Positions 1-7,875 of a stretch of 51,696 nt of DNA are shown piece after piece; within the stretch, counting starts at the first letter, position 1, and each line of letters starts with the position of its first letter. The position numbers and the translations under genes are program-made. A model generated the notes under the pieces. The model searched no databases. It was not told the origin of the DNA and saw only the letters and a list, made by a program, of their open reading frames with translations. Source of the stretch: a virus (Duplodnaviria > Caudoviricetes); IMG/VR virus record IMGVR_UViG_3300035670_000297, positions 1 to 51,696 of that record. One strand, 5' to 3'.

Positions 1-127
1 ACTCGCAACCACCTCAACCAGAAGGACGGTGGCCCCTCCGTCATTGCCACGTCCGACCTGTCAGACATCCGCAACTACCTCGACAACGCGAAGCGCAAGC
101 CATGATCGCCTTCGCATTCGGCTTCCT
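1..127. repeat. Terminal direct repeat of 127 bp (copy at 51570-51696), indicating a circular assembly
   Basis: Bases 1-127 are identical to 51570-51696 and the repeat cuts through ORFs; 127 is a common assembler k-mer length. Confidence 0.95.
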
Positions 128-203
128 CGTCTTCAGCCTCGCGTTCTGGCTCAACTGCGCCATGATCTCATGGTTCTTCAGACCACCCCGATCACGCAGA
201 TGA
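102..203 (+). CDS. Small hydrophobic (membrane) protein, 33 aa
   Basis: MIAFAFGFLVFSLAFWLNCAMISWFFRPPRSRR; ATGA overlap with the stop of ORF 51336-51674 across the circular junction; not in the ORF track. Confidence 0.6.
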   Translation: MIAFAFGFLVFSLAFWLNCAMISWFFRPPRSRR

Positions 204-224
204 GCAGACCCGCAGACACTTCAG

Positions 225-294
225 TCCTCGGGGCATGGATGGCCCCCGCCGGTGGCGGGGCCATCCAGCCCCTTGAGGAGCGCGTTGCTCCTCA
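225..294 (+). promoter_or_regulatory. Two overlapping, mutually exclusive intergenic hairpins
   Basis: Long stem 225-279 (TGGATGGCCCC..GGGGCCATCCA) shares GAGGA with the hairpin TGAGGAGCG-CGT-TGCTCCTCA at 274-294. Confidence 0.6.
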
Positions 295-342
295 GACTTG
301 TTTCGTTTCTTACTTCCATCAGATCTTCGAAAGGATCTAGAT

Positions 343-798
343 ATGCCTACCCCCAAGTTGTTCAGCACTGTCGTCAAGGCCAACAGCATCGTGACCGCCT
401 CGTGGCTCAAGGAGCCGGGCACCTACCTCATGACTCTCCAGTCCGTGAAGGAGACCACGACCGCCACGAGCGGCACGCCCTGCTTGCGCGTCACCTACCT
501 CACCTCCGACAAGAAGCAGATGGTGACCGACTCGGTCCTCTTCACGGACAACGGCATCATCGGCATCGAGAAGTACCTGCAGTCCGCCGGCATCGACCTC
601 AACGAACTCGGAGACGCCGAGGTCGAACTCTTCGATGTGGTCAACGACCTCAAGGGTCGCGAGTTCCAGGTCGTGACCGAGCGCATCGACGACGGACGCA
701 TCGTCGTGCGTGGCCTGCGTCAGCCTCAGGCTCGCAACCTCAAGGCGGTGGTCCGCACCAACGCCATCCAGCCCAGCGACGCGAAGAACGCTGGCTGA
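343..798 (+). CDS. DUF669-like / OB-fold ssDNA-binding-like protein
   Basis: RBS GAAAGGA; pattern EPGTY..V.E..T.SG.P.L.V.Y..DLKGR.F.V.T resembles phage DUF669 proteins; strongly biased codon usage. Confidence 0.6.
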   Translation: MPTPKLFSTVVKANSIVTASWLKEPGTYLMTLQSVKETTTATSGTPCLRVTYLTSDKKQMVTDSVLFTDNGIIGIEKYLQSAGIDLNELGDAEVELFDVVNDLKGREFQVVTERIDDGRIVVRGLRQPQARNLKAVVRTNAIQPSDAKNAG

Positions 799-820
799 TC
801 CACTCACTACCACGGCCTCT

Positions 821-858
821 GTCCCCCCACGTCCATCGCTCGATCGGCGTGGGGGGAC
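821..858 (+). terminator. GC-rich hairpin after stop codon (terminator or processing stem)
   Basis: GTCCCCCCACG...CGTGGGGGGAC perfect 11-bp arms; no U-tract. Confidence 0.45.
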
Positions 859-892
859 ATGCCTCTACTACCCCATACACACGGAGACACAC

Positions 893-1429
893 ATGCCACT
901 CTGCATTCCATACATCGACGATGAGATACGCCTCGTTCGCCAATCACGCGTCTCGCCCGCAGACCTTCGTCGCCTAGCCGGCGACCTAGGCATCGGCTCG
1001 AACGTGCCATGGGAAGTTGACATGCGAGACCACGCATTCACCGACCCATCGCCCGTCGCACGGGTAGACCGTGACTCAGTGGACACCCCCAACCTAGGCC
1101 GTCGCATCTGCGACGACGAGCGTTTGCTCCACCTCCGCCGGTACAACCGGATGCTTCGAGCATGGGCCGATAAGATCCTGCTCGACGCAGGCGAGGCAGA
1201 CCTCATCGCCTGGTCCACCGGTACCATCGCCGACTCGTTCCTCGTGCTCGGCCTCAGCCGTGCAGACGCACGTCGTATCATCCGACGCGAGCACAAGCGC
1301 AGCGAGATCGACGACTTGCCCGCACGATGCAAGGCCATGCGAGGCAAGCGATGGTCCAAGACCACACGTGATCGTGACTCCCGTTGGTTCACCCCGCACA
1401 ACTTCAGGAGGACACCCCGTGCCAAGTGA
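893..1429 (+). CDS. Hypothetical protein, 178 aa
   Basis: RBS GGAG then ATG at 893 within ORF 710-1429. Confidence 0.7.
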   Translation: MPLCIPYIDDEIRLVRQSRVSPADLRRLAGDLGIGSNVPWEVDMRDHAFTDPSPVARVDRDSVDTPNLGRRICDDERLLHLRRYNRMLRAWADKILLDAGEADLIAWSTGTIADSFLVLGLSRADARRIIRREHKRSEIDDLPARCKAMRGKRWSKTTRDRDSRWFTPHNFRRTPRAK

Positions 1430-1718
1430 GGCAGCACTCTCCGTCGTCTCTCTCCACCTGATCCCAGGCCAAGAACTTGTTCGGTCCTTGGACTCAAGCC
1501 ACCTTGCCTGCGTCAGCGATGGCAAGTGGAAGACCGGCTATCATCCAACCCAACAACTGATAGACGGCATCCTCAAGTGGAGACTTGAACGTGCCCTGAT
1601 CCAAGACGCACTCCCATTCCTCTCGTCCGACGAGCGAGAGTTCCTGATGACCGGGATCACACCAGCCCAGTGGAAAGCCCTGTTCCCTGAGCCAGCCACG
1701 CCGGCTGATCCCTACTGA
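1419..1718 (+). CDS. Conserved-type phage hypothetical protein
   Basis: AGGAGG then GTG; C-terminal LIQDALPFLSSDEREFLMTGITP..W motif that I recall from other phage hypotheticals. Confidence 0.7.
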   Translation: MPSEAALSVVSLHLIPGQELVRSLDSSHLACVSDGKWKTGYHPTQQLIDGILKWRLERALIQDALPFLSSDEREFLMTGITPAQWKALFPEPATPADPY

Positions 1719-1733
1719 TCCGTGTCTCTATGG

Positions 1734-1769
1734 CCCCTGGCTCCGCTTCCGTGGAGTCAGGGGTTTTTT
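1734..1769 (+). terminator. Rho-independent terminator
   Basis: CCCCTGGCTCC-loop-GGAGTCAGGGG followed by TTTTTT. Confidence 0.85.
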
Positions 1770-1817
1770 ATTCCACCGTCCCCCCATAGTTCCATCGGAG
1801 CTACCCCACAAACCAAC

Positions 1818-2285
1818 ATGCCCACGACCAAGACCCAGGCTTGCGGTGATTACACCGTTATTCACCGCATCCCCCACACCCACCCAGACAACAAGACGAG
1901 TAGCGTTTCATGTCGCCTGCGCCCGGCGCGCCTGCGGCGGCGCCGGTCTCCGGCTCTCACTCACCTCTTACCAGAAAGGAGCAACGATGCAGCTACCCAG
2001 CATCTACATCCCATGCTCAGCAAGCAGCATGAACGTTCGTTCCGCACCTTCCTCCGTGCGGCACGCATGCGTGGTCAGCCTTGGATCACACTCGTCGATG
2101 CCACCACACCGGATGGCACATCATCCCCAGTCATCTGCATCCTAGGAGAAGACAATGCGGAGTCCATCCTCGTACCTTACGCGATGGTTGTATCGCCTAT
2201 CACCCGTCCGCTCCTCTCCTCCCTCGTCTACCCCGCCCACATCCAGCCCCTCATCTTCACCGGCAAACCCCCCGACAATCAATGA
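1818..2285 (+). CDS. Hypothetical protein (start uncertain, may be 2013)
   Basis: Open frame; the C-terminal half is protein-like. Confidence 0.5.
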   Translation: MPTTKTQACGDYTVIHRIPHTHPDNKTSSVSCRLRPARLRRRRSPALTHLLPERSNDAATQHLHPMLSKQHERSFRTFLRAARMRGQPWITLVDATTPDGTSSPVICILGEDNAESILVPYAMVVSPITRPLLSSLVYPAHIQPLIFTGKPPDNQ

Positions 2286-2404
2286 CGCGACCGGCGACTT
2301 CGTCTGCCCGTTCCTCATGCCCCAGTCCGAGGAGATGACCCCGCCCTACTACCTCGACGAAGATCCATCCGCCCCACTCACCGATCACTTCATCGACCAC
2401 CGCC

Positions 2405-3097
2405 ATGACTAAGACTCCACTTCCTATCCTCCTCCCCGCACACCCGTCGTGCACCGAATGCGAGTTGCATTCAGGAGCCAGGAACCCAGGAGTCCCATCG
2501 GTCCACCTCCCTGAATCCCTGCCTTTCAGCAGAACCACACCCGTCGTTGCCGTTCTCGGCATGAATCCGGGGCTTCAGGAGGACAGGACCAATGCCCCAT
2601 TCGTCGGCCCATCCGGCCGCCTACTGCGTGACGTGTACCTGCGTGACATCACACCCAACGCTTGCGTCTTCCTGCTCAACACCGCACGCTGCTATACCCA
2701 CTCATCCTCCCCGCCCAAGCCCCGCCACTTTCGCGCCTGCTTTACCACCCACTCCTCACTCGACCTGACCTCCATCGCCGGCGACCTAGCCCACGACACA
2801 CCACGCATCCTGCTCTGCGCCGGCGCCCATGCCCTCTCCACCACCACCAAGTTCTGCGCCTCAAAGCCCTGGTCCTTGACCTCCGCCTTCACCCGGCAAG
2901 GTACACCCACCAACTTGTGGGGGGACTGGCAACTCTTCACCACCTTCCACCCAGCCGCAGTGCTCCGTGATCCCAACCTCCTTCACCCCGTTGCCGATCA
3001 CATGACACTCGTGCACGCAGCACTCACGGGGCAGATGCCTGTAGCATCCAGCCCTCTGCTCGTCCCTCCCTACCTACCACCGGAGGATCCATCATGA
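2405..3097 (+). CDS. udg: Uracil-DNA glycosylase, family 4-like (Fe-S type)
   Basis: CTECELH, GMNPG, PFVGPSGRLL, NTARC, RAC and TFHPAAVLR motifs. Confidence 0.9.
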   Translation: MTKTPLPILLPAHPSCTECELHSGARNPGVPSVHLPESLPFSRTTPVVAVLGMNPGLQEDRTNAPFVGPSGRLLRDVYLRDITPNACVFLLNTARCYTHSSSPPKPRHFRACFTTHSSLDLTSIAGDLAHDTPRILLCAGAHALSTTTKFCASKPWSLTSAFTRQGTPTNLWGDWQLFTTFHPAAVLRDPNLLHPVADHMTLVHAALTGQMPVASSPLLVPPYLPPEDPS

Positions 3098-3480
3098 GTT
3101 CGTTCTCTCTCCCCGCTTCCTCGCTCGCCACATACGCCAGCTCGAAGAAGATCCCCACGTGGATCATCGCCATCACTCGGGTGCTCGAGGTGTTCAGCCA
3201 CGCTGAAGATCCATACGACATCAAGATCAACGGCTCATGCGACATCGCAACCCGGCCCCCCACCTACGTCCCATACGGTGACACCTCCGTGATGCTTCAC
3301 GATTCCTACGACGAGATCACGGACGTGGAGATCACGCTCATCTCTTGGTCAGGCGACTCGCACTCCGAGGTGGTCGCCCTACGCACCATCGAACCCGACA
3401 TCCTCAAGGCACTCAACCAGCTCGTCTCTTCCTACCTCGACAAGTATCCAGACGAGGTATCCGACGAGGACTACGAATAA
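3094..3480 (+). CDS. Hypothetical acidic protein, 128 aa
   Basis: GGAGG RBS, ATGA overlap. Confidence 0.8.
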   Translation: MSSFSLPASSLATYASSKKIPTWIIAITRVLEVFSHAEDPYDIKINGSCDIATRPPTYVPYGDTSVMLHDSYDEITDVEITLISWSGDSHSEVVALRTIEPDILKALNQLVSSYLDKYPDEVSDEDYE

Positions 3481-3489
3481 GGAGAACCC

Positions 3490-3774
3490 ATGACCAAAGA
3501 ACCATCAAACCTTGACCTCGCACGTGAGGCAGCCACCCTACTGTCCAACATCAAGAGGGAGCATGCCCTCGTCATCAGTGCAGCAGAGGAGTCCAATGAC
3601 TTGTGGACTGCCAATGCAATCTCCAACTTGAAGGACGCGACTCACCGTCTCTCGGAGATTCTCTCCACCCTGATCTCCCGATCTGCAGGTGAGTGGGCCA
3701 CCGACCTGCTTCAGCACCAGATGTCCAAGGAGTTTCCCAACTGGCCACACCCAGGTGCCCACCCCTACCGCTAA
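3490..3774 (+). CDS. Hypothetical protein, 94 aa
   Basis: AAGGAG RBS; helical composition. Confidence 0.8.
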   Translation: MTKEPSNLDLAREAATLLSNIKREHALVISAAEESNDLWTANAISNLKDATHRLSEILSTLISRSAGEWATDLLQHQMSKEFPNWPHPGAHPYR

Positions 3775-3785
3775 CCTCCCCCGGT

Positions 3786-4001
3786 ATGAAGATCATTCCG
3801 AAGTCCCACCTTCGACCCATCTCCGACGGCTACTCACGACGCCAGACACCTGTCAACCCAACCGCCCCACTCCGCACCCAGCGTGAGGTGGCGACGATCC
3901 TCGGTCTCACCCCCGCCCAAGTCGCACACGCAGAGAGGCTCGCACTCCTGAAGATCCGCGCAGCCCTCTCGGCCTACGGCTACAACAAGGACACCACATG
4001 A
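3786..4001 (+). CDS. Stand-alone sigma70 region-4-like HTH protein
   Basis: TQREVATILGLTPAQVAHAERLALLKIR fits the sigma region 4.2 pattern TxxEIaxxLGxTxxrVxqiExxALxKLR. Confidence 0.7.
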   Translation: MKIIPKSHLRPISDGYSRRQTPVNPTAPLRTQREVATILGLTPAQVAHAERLALLKIRAALSAYGYNKDTT

Positions 4002-4285
4002 CCATCGAAGAGCTAAAGGAACTTGTACGCACAACTATTCTTGAACGTGATGCGGCTCGCGAGAGGATCGCCCGCATTATGGAAGGGCTCGAAGGCTGCT
4101 GCATGACCTGCGGGCCAGTCGGCTGGCGCAACCAGCAGATGGAACATGAGATTGCCACGCTCAAGGCCGAGCGGGACGAGGCCAGGCGGTGGTTCTGCCA
4201 GCATGTGGAACTGCCGCATGGAGGCGACGGAACAGGTTATGCAAAGGTACATGGATGGGACTGCTTCAAGGAGAACACCCCATGA
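3998..4285 (+). CDS. Hypothetical coiled-coil protein with CCxxC
   Basis: ATGA overlap, AAGGA RBS, repeated ERDxAR motif. Confidence 0.75.
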   Translation: MTIEELKELVRTTILERDAARERIARIMEGLEGCCMTCGPVGWRNQQMEHEIATLKAERDEARRWFCQHVELPHGGDGTGYAKVHGWDCFKENTP

Positions 4286-4494
4286 CCCGCATTGCCGACT
4301 GCATTGACATCCTCACCAAAGCCGGATGGATCTACGAAGGCAGCACCAAGATCGAGGGCATCCGCTGCTACATCATGCGCAGGCGCAGCGATGGTGACCC
4401 TGCCGTCCAACAAGGCGTCATCTACTTCACTACCTACGGACTGCGACGTGAAGCAGAGAAGGAACTCAGCAAGCATGAAACTCATTTCGCTTGA
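4282..4494 (+). CDS. Hypothetical protein, 70 aa
   Basis: AAGGAG RBS, ATGA overlap. Confidence 0.75.
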   Translation: MTRIADCIDILTKAGWIYEGSTKIEGIRCYIMRRRSDGDPAVQQGVIYFTTYGLRREAEKELSKHETHFA

Positions 4495-6826
4495 CATCGA
4501 GACCTACGGTGCATGCACCCATACCCACGATGGACGACCGCTCCCCACCCAGACGGTCTTCCATCCAGCGCGCGCCCTCCATACGGACGCGGTGTCCCCC
4601 CAGGACATGGTGCTCTCAGTCAGCGTGACCACCGAAGCAGGCAGTTGCCCATGTGGCAAGCGGCGTGGTCAACCTGAGTTCTCCCCATGCTGCACAATGG
4701 TCATGTACCCCCACTCACACATGATCCACATCCGCAAGTGGATTGAGTGGGCGACCGACATCCTCGGCATGAACCTGCCCTTCGACCTGCAGTTCCTCCG
4801 CCACTACTCACCCGGCCTGCGCCTCGCCCTCCATGGCAGGCACACCCTGCACGATCTCTCGATCCTCAACTACTTGCACTCCGAGCTGCGCCCCGAGCGT
4901 TCGCTCAAGTCCCTCGGCCCCGTGCTCGGCACCCACGCCTACGACCGCACCATCAAGGATGGGAAGTTCAAGTCCCCCCACGATCCGCAGTTCATTGCAT
5001 ACGCAGCACAGGACACACACAACACCATGCTTGCTGCGCGTGAACTGAGGCGACGCATCTACGCCGACTGGCCCGACTCCGGGAAGCTGAGCCCAGAGGC
5101 GGTCAGGCATTACTCCTCCCTCATCTGGACCGTGGTCACCATGGCCGAGGCCGGCATCCCCATGTCCCGCCCCATGCTCGAGACCCGACAAGCCCTGCTG
5201 CAGAGGAAGGCCGACCTCGCCATCGCCCAAGCCGGGCGCCTTGGCCTGCTGCTCGAGGGCACCGGCTCCTCGAAAAGCAAGGAGGCTTTCCTAGATGTGA
5301 CAATAAGTAAACTCGCAGCTCTAGGTGTTGACATTTTATCACACCCCCTTACCCAGTTCACGGAGAAGACGCGTCGTCTCTCCTGGTCAGATGGCAACCG
5401 CCAACTCATTGCTGCTCACCTACCCGCTGACTCGCCCGAGGCTCGTGGCCTTTGGCTGGCCGGCATTCACTCACGCGCCCAGAAGCAGCTCTCCTCTTAC
5501 CTCTACCCCCTACTCCACGGCAGGCGCAACAAGCCGGAGGACAAGGGAGATACGGTAATCCCATGGACGAACACGAAGAACCCAAGTTCCACATCAACGT
5601 CACCTTTGAAACCCAGTTGGACAAAGAGTCCTACCGGGTCACACTCCCCCTCGACGACCTCGCAGAAAGAGTCGTCTCTCTCCACCGACCCTACCTGCTT
5701 GACAAGAACCTGCTCATGCAGGCGATTGCATTCACGGTCATCAGCATGCTCCAGCAAAACGAAGACGACTACATCAGGGAGCGAACGGGCGCCGTCGTGC
5801 TGCGAGCAGAAACCCTGCGACTCGCCAAGCACATGCAGATCATCGTTGACTCCTTCGCAGATGGAATCGAGATCAAGCACACCAGCAAGCTCATCGAGAT
5901 CTCGGACGAAGAAGAGAACGAGGACGACGGAGCCTAAGGCAACGGGCGCCGCCTACCCCGTGTGGTTCATCGTGCCCTCCGCATCCAAGGATGCATCGGG
6001 TGACGAGGGTGGCACCATCCAAGCTCGCATCACCTGCAAGCGTCCTTCGGCCCAGACCTTCCCCCCTGAGATCAAGCAGTGCATCCAATCCAGGTGGGTG
6101 GGGGGACGCATCATCTCGATGGATCTCTCGCAGATCGAGCTTCGGATGGCAGCCCTCTGCTCTGGTGACCCCAGCCTGCTGGCCGCCTTCAACACAGGGC
6201 TGGACCTCCACACCCACCGGGCAGTCCAGCTGTTCGGCCAAGACTCCATCACTCGACCCACCTTCAAGAAGCGTGAGCGGCAGGTGGGCAAGACCATGAA
6301 CTTCGCCGACCTCTTCCTGGCTTCCCCCCAGCGAATGAGGATGTCGGTGCACGAGATGACTGGTGAGCTGATGCCCCTATCCTTCTTCGAGGAAGTGGCC
6401 CGTTCGCGCCCGGATGCGCGTCCCGGTCTCCACAGGTGGCAGCAGTCTCTCATCAGTCGGGTAGCCACGGACGGCTACCTCCTTTTGCCTATCCTTGGTC
6501 AGTCCCGCACATTCGTGGGGGGACCATCAGCCCACCTCAATGAGGTGGTCAACTTCCCCATCCAAACCCAGGCCAGCAACACCCTGATCCAGATCCAGAG
6601 CCGGCTGCTCGAGTACCTGCCCAAGCTCTACACCCAGGGACCCAGGCCCCTGATGTTCCTGCAGGTATACGACGCCATCTACTTCGATGTCCCCCCACAG
6701 TACGAAGACTCCTTGAAGGCTGCGGTCCAGCAGGCGGTGTTGGATGTCGCCTCTCCCTCCGGATACTGGGGCAGGCTGCAGGAGTATTACGGAAACCAGG
6801 TTCCCTTGGAGTACGAGATCGACTAG
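4475..6826 (+). CDS. polA: Family A DNA polymerase with 3'-5' exonuclease and a ~125-codon insertion
   Basis: ExoI LDIETYG, ExoII NLPFDL, ExoIII YAAQD; motif A DLSQIELR; motif B RQVGKTMNF; NFPIQ; motif C QVYD. Confidence 0.92.
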   Translation: MKLISLDIETYGACTHTHDGRPLPTQTVFHPARALHTDAVSPQDMVLSVSVTTEAGSCPCGKRRGQPEFSPCCTMVMYPHSHMIHIRKWIEWATDILGMNLPFDLQFLRHYSPGLRLALHGRHTLHDLSILNYLHSELRPERSLKSLGPVLGTHAYDRTIKDGKFKSPHDPQFIAYAAQDTHNTMLAARELRRRIYADWPDSGKLSPEAVRHYSSLIWTVVTMAEAGIPMSRPMLETRQALLQRKADLAIAQAGRLGLLLEGTGSSKSKEAFLDVTISKLAALGVDILSHPLTQFTEKTRRLSWSDGNRQLIAAHLPADSPEARGLWLAGIHSRAQKQLSSYLYPLLHGRRNKPEDKGDTVIPWTNTKNPSSTSTSPLKPSWTKSPTGSHSPSTTSQKESSLSTDPTCLTRTCSCRRLHSRSSACSSKTKTTTSGSERAPSCCEQKPCDSPSTCRSSLTPSQMESRSSTPASSSRSRTKKRTRTTEPKATGAAYPVWFIVPSASKDASGDEGGTIQARITCKRPSAQTFPPEIKQCIQSRWVGGRIISMDLSQIELRMAALCSGDPSLLAAFNTGLDLHTHRAVQLFGQDSITRPTFKKRERQVGKTMNFADLFLASPQRMRMSVHEMTGELMPLSFFEEVARSRPDARPGLHRWQQSLISRVATDGYLLLPILGQSRTFVGGPSAHLNEVVNFPIQTQASNTLIQIQSRLLEYLPKLYTQGPRPLMFLQVYDAIYFDVPPQYEDSLKAAVQQAVLDVASPSGYWGRLQEYYGNQVPLEYEID
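5296..5343. promoter_or_regulatory. AT-rich imperfect inverted repeat with TTGACA inside polA
   Basis: TGTGACAATAAGTAAAC-N14-GTTGACATTTTATCACA (13/17 match) over a run of rare codons. Confidence 0.4.
5563..5937 (+). CDS. Nested out-of-frame gene inside polA, acidic 124-aa protein
   Basis: AGGGAGA RBS, ATG and TAA; C/G-ending codons; protein-like sequence while the polA frame here is S/T/P/R-rich low-complexity sequence. Confidence 0.8.
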   Translation: MDEHEEPKFHINVTFETQLDKESYRVTLPLDDLAERVVSLHRPYLLDKNLLMQAIAFTVISMLQQNEDDYIRERTGAVVLRAETLRLAKHMQIIVDSFADGIEIKHTSKLIEISDEEENEDDGA

Positions 6827-6835
6827 GCTGGTGGT

Positions 6836-7468
6836 GTGCGCCGCGAGTACACCATCCTCACCGATACGAGGGAGCAGACACCGCTCTCCTTCCCAAGCCA
6901 CCTACCCCTGCTCGATCCCAACCGGCAGCCCCAGTCCCGCACCTCCCTAACCGTCAAGCTGGGGGGACGCACCCAGAAGCTGGACGCAGGAGACTACGCC
7001 CTCGAGGGATACGAGCGGGTCTGTCTCGTCGAGCGCAAGGGCAGCATCAGGGAGCTGGCCAAGAACTGCCTGACCGCAGACCGCACCCGATTCATTGCGG
7101 CCCTCGACCGACTGCGTGCAGCCTGCCTCCATCCCTACGTCCTAGTGGAGGGCACCCTCACGGACATGGCCCAAGACCCCAACGTCCCGGACTGGTGGAC
7201 TGCACTCGACTCACTCCAGAGGCTGCTGCTTGAAAGAAACATTGGCCTCATCTTCTTACCAAACAAGGGCGCCATTCAGCGCCGGATGATTGGGGAGTGG
7301 GTGGCTCGCCTCTTGGTGAACTCCTCGCTTTCCCCTATACTTCCCGCTATCACCCCTGAGGAACCCCAATGTCCGACCACGTCACACTTGTCACCCAGCG
7401 CCGACCCCTCCGCCTCGCCCGAGAGGACGCCAACACAACCGTCATCGCAGCAGGCACTGACATCGTAG
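6836..7468 (+). CDS. ERCC4 (XPF/Mus81-like) nuclease, probable branch resolvase
   Basis: TDTREQ, GDY, VERK, RF..LVEG motifs. Confidence 0.88.
   Translation: MRREYTILTDTREQTPLSFPSHLPLLDPNRQPQSRTSLTVKLGGRTQKLDAGDYALEGYERVCLVERKGSIRELAKNCLTADRTRFIAALDRLRAACLHPYVLVEGTLTDMAQDPNVPDWWTALDSLQRLLLERNIGLIFLPNKGAIQRRMIGEWVARLLVNSSLSPILPAITPEEPQCPTTSHLSPSADPSASPERTPTQPSSQQALTS
7313..7341 (+). promoter_or_regulatory. Possible sigma70-type promoter
   Basis: TTGGTG-N17-TATACT just upstream of the ORF at 7369. Confidence 0.3.
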
Positions 7469-7872
7469 CCAGCACAACTACCCAGCCTGCAAACGCAACT
7501 GGCCGCATCGTTGTTCCGGGTGTGCTCAACTACCTGTGCGTGTGCCCCCTCATGGCGACGGGCACCACGACGCCGGGCGTGCGTGTGATCGGATGGTCCC
7601 GCCTGCCCACGGGCCTCTGGGTGCCACGGTTCCTTGCCAAGGTGAGCCTCACCCTGAACAGCACGGCGGTGGGTTCGTTCTTCGGTGCCTCCCTGCTGGC
7701 GCCCTACAACCTGGGCCTCACGAAGGGCGACGCCAAGTTGCTGTTTGAGGACGTGTCCAACGATTCGAACGGTTGGCTCATCGTGGACACGGTGGGCTCC
7801 GAGCTGGTGGAGATCATTTTCGAAGCTGCTTCTGGCACCCCTGCCTGCAACGCACTCATCAGCGAGGTCTGA
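7369..7872 (+). CDS. Hypothetical beta-rich protein, 167 aa
   Basis: GAGGA RBS; overlaps the ERCC4 3' end by 100 nt. Confidence 0.75.
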   Translation: MSDHVTLVTQRRPLRLAREDANTTVIAAGTDIVASTTTQPANATGRIVVPGVLNYLCVCPLMATGTTTPGVRVIGWSRLPTGLWVPRFLAKVSLTLNSTAVGSFFGASLLAPYNLGLTKGDAKLLFEDVSNDSNGWLIVDTVGSELVEIIFEAASGTPACNALISEV

Positions 7873-7875
7873 GCC

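Noticed and set aside
2317-2412. Tiny ORF (MPQSEEMTPPYYLDEDP...) before udg
   Set aside because: Possible (GAGGAG abuts ATG 2335) but too short and with poor RBS spacing to support
4292-4474. N-terminal extension of PolA in the ORF track
   Set aside because: Overlaps gene 4282-4494; the real start is likely ATG 4475 just before ExoI
5563-5937. Intein or group I/II intron in polA
   Set aside because: No C/S...HN splice junction motifs or LAGLIDADG/HNH motifs; the inner ORF fills the whole insert, leaving no room for a ribozyme core
5784-5951. 11-bp direct repeat AACGGGCGCCG (5784 and 5941) as a target-site duplication
   Set aside because: One copy is mid-insert rather than at the left border and the spacing (157) is out of frame; probably chance
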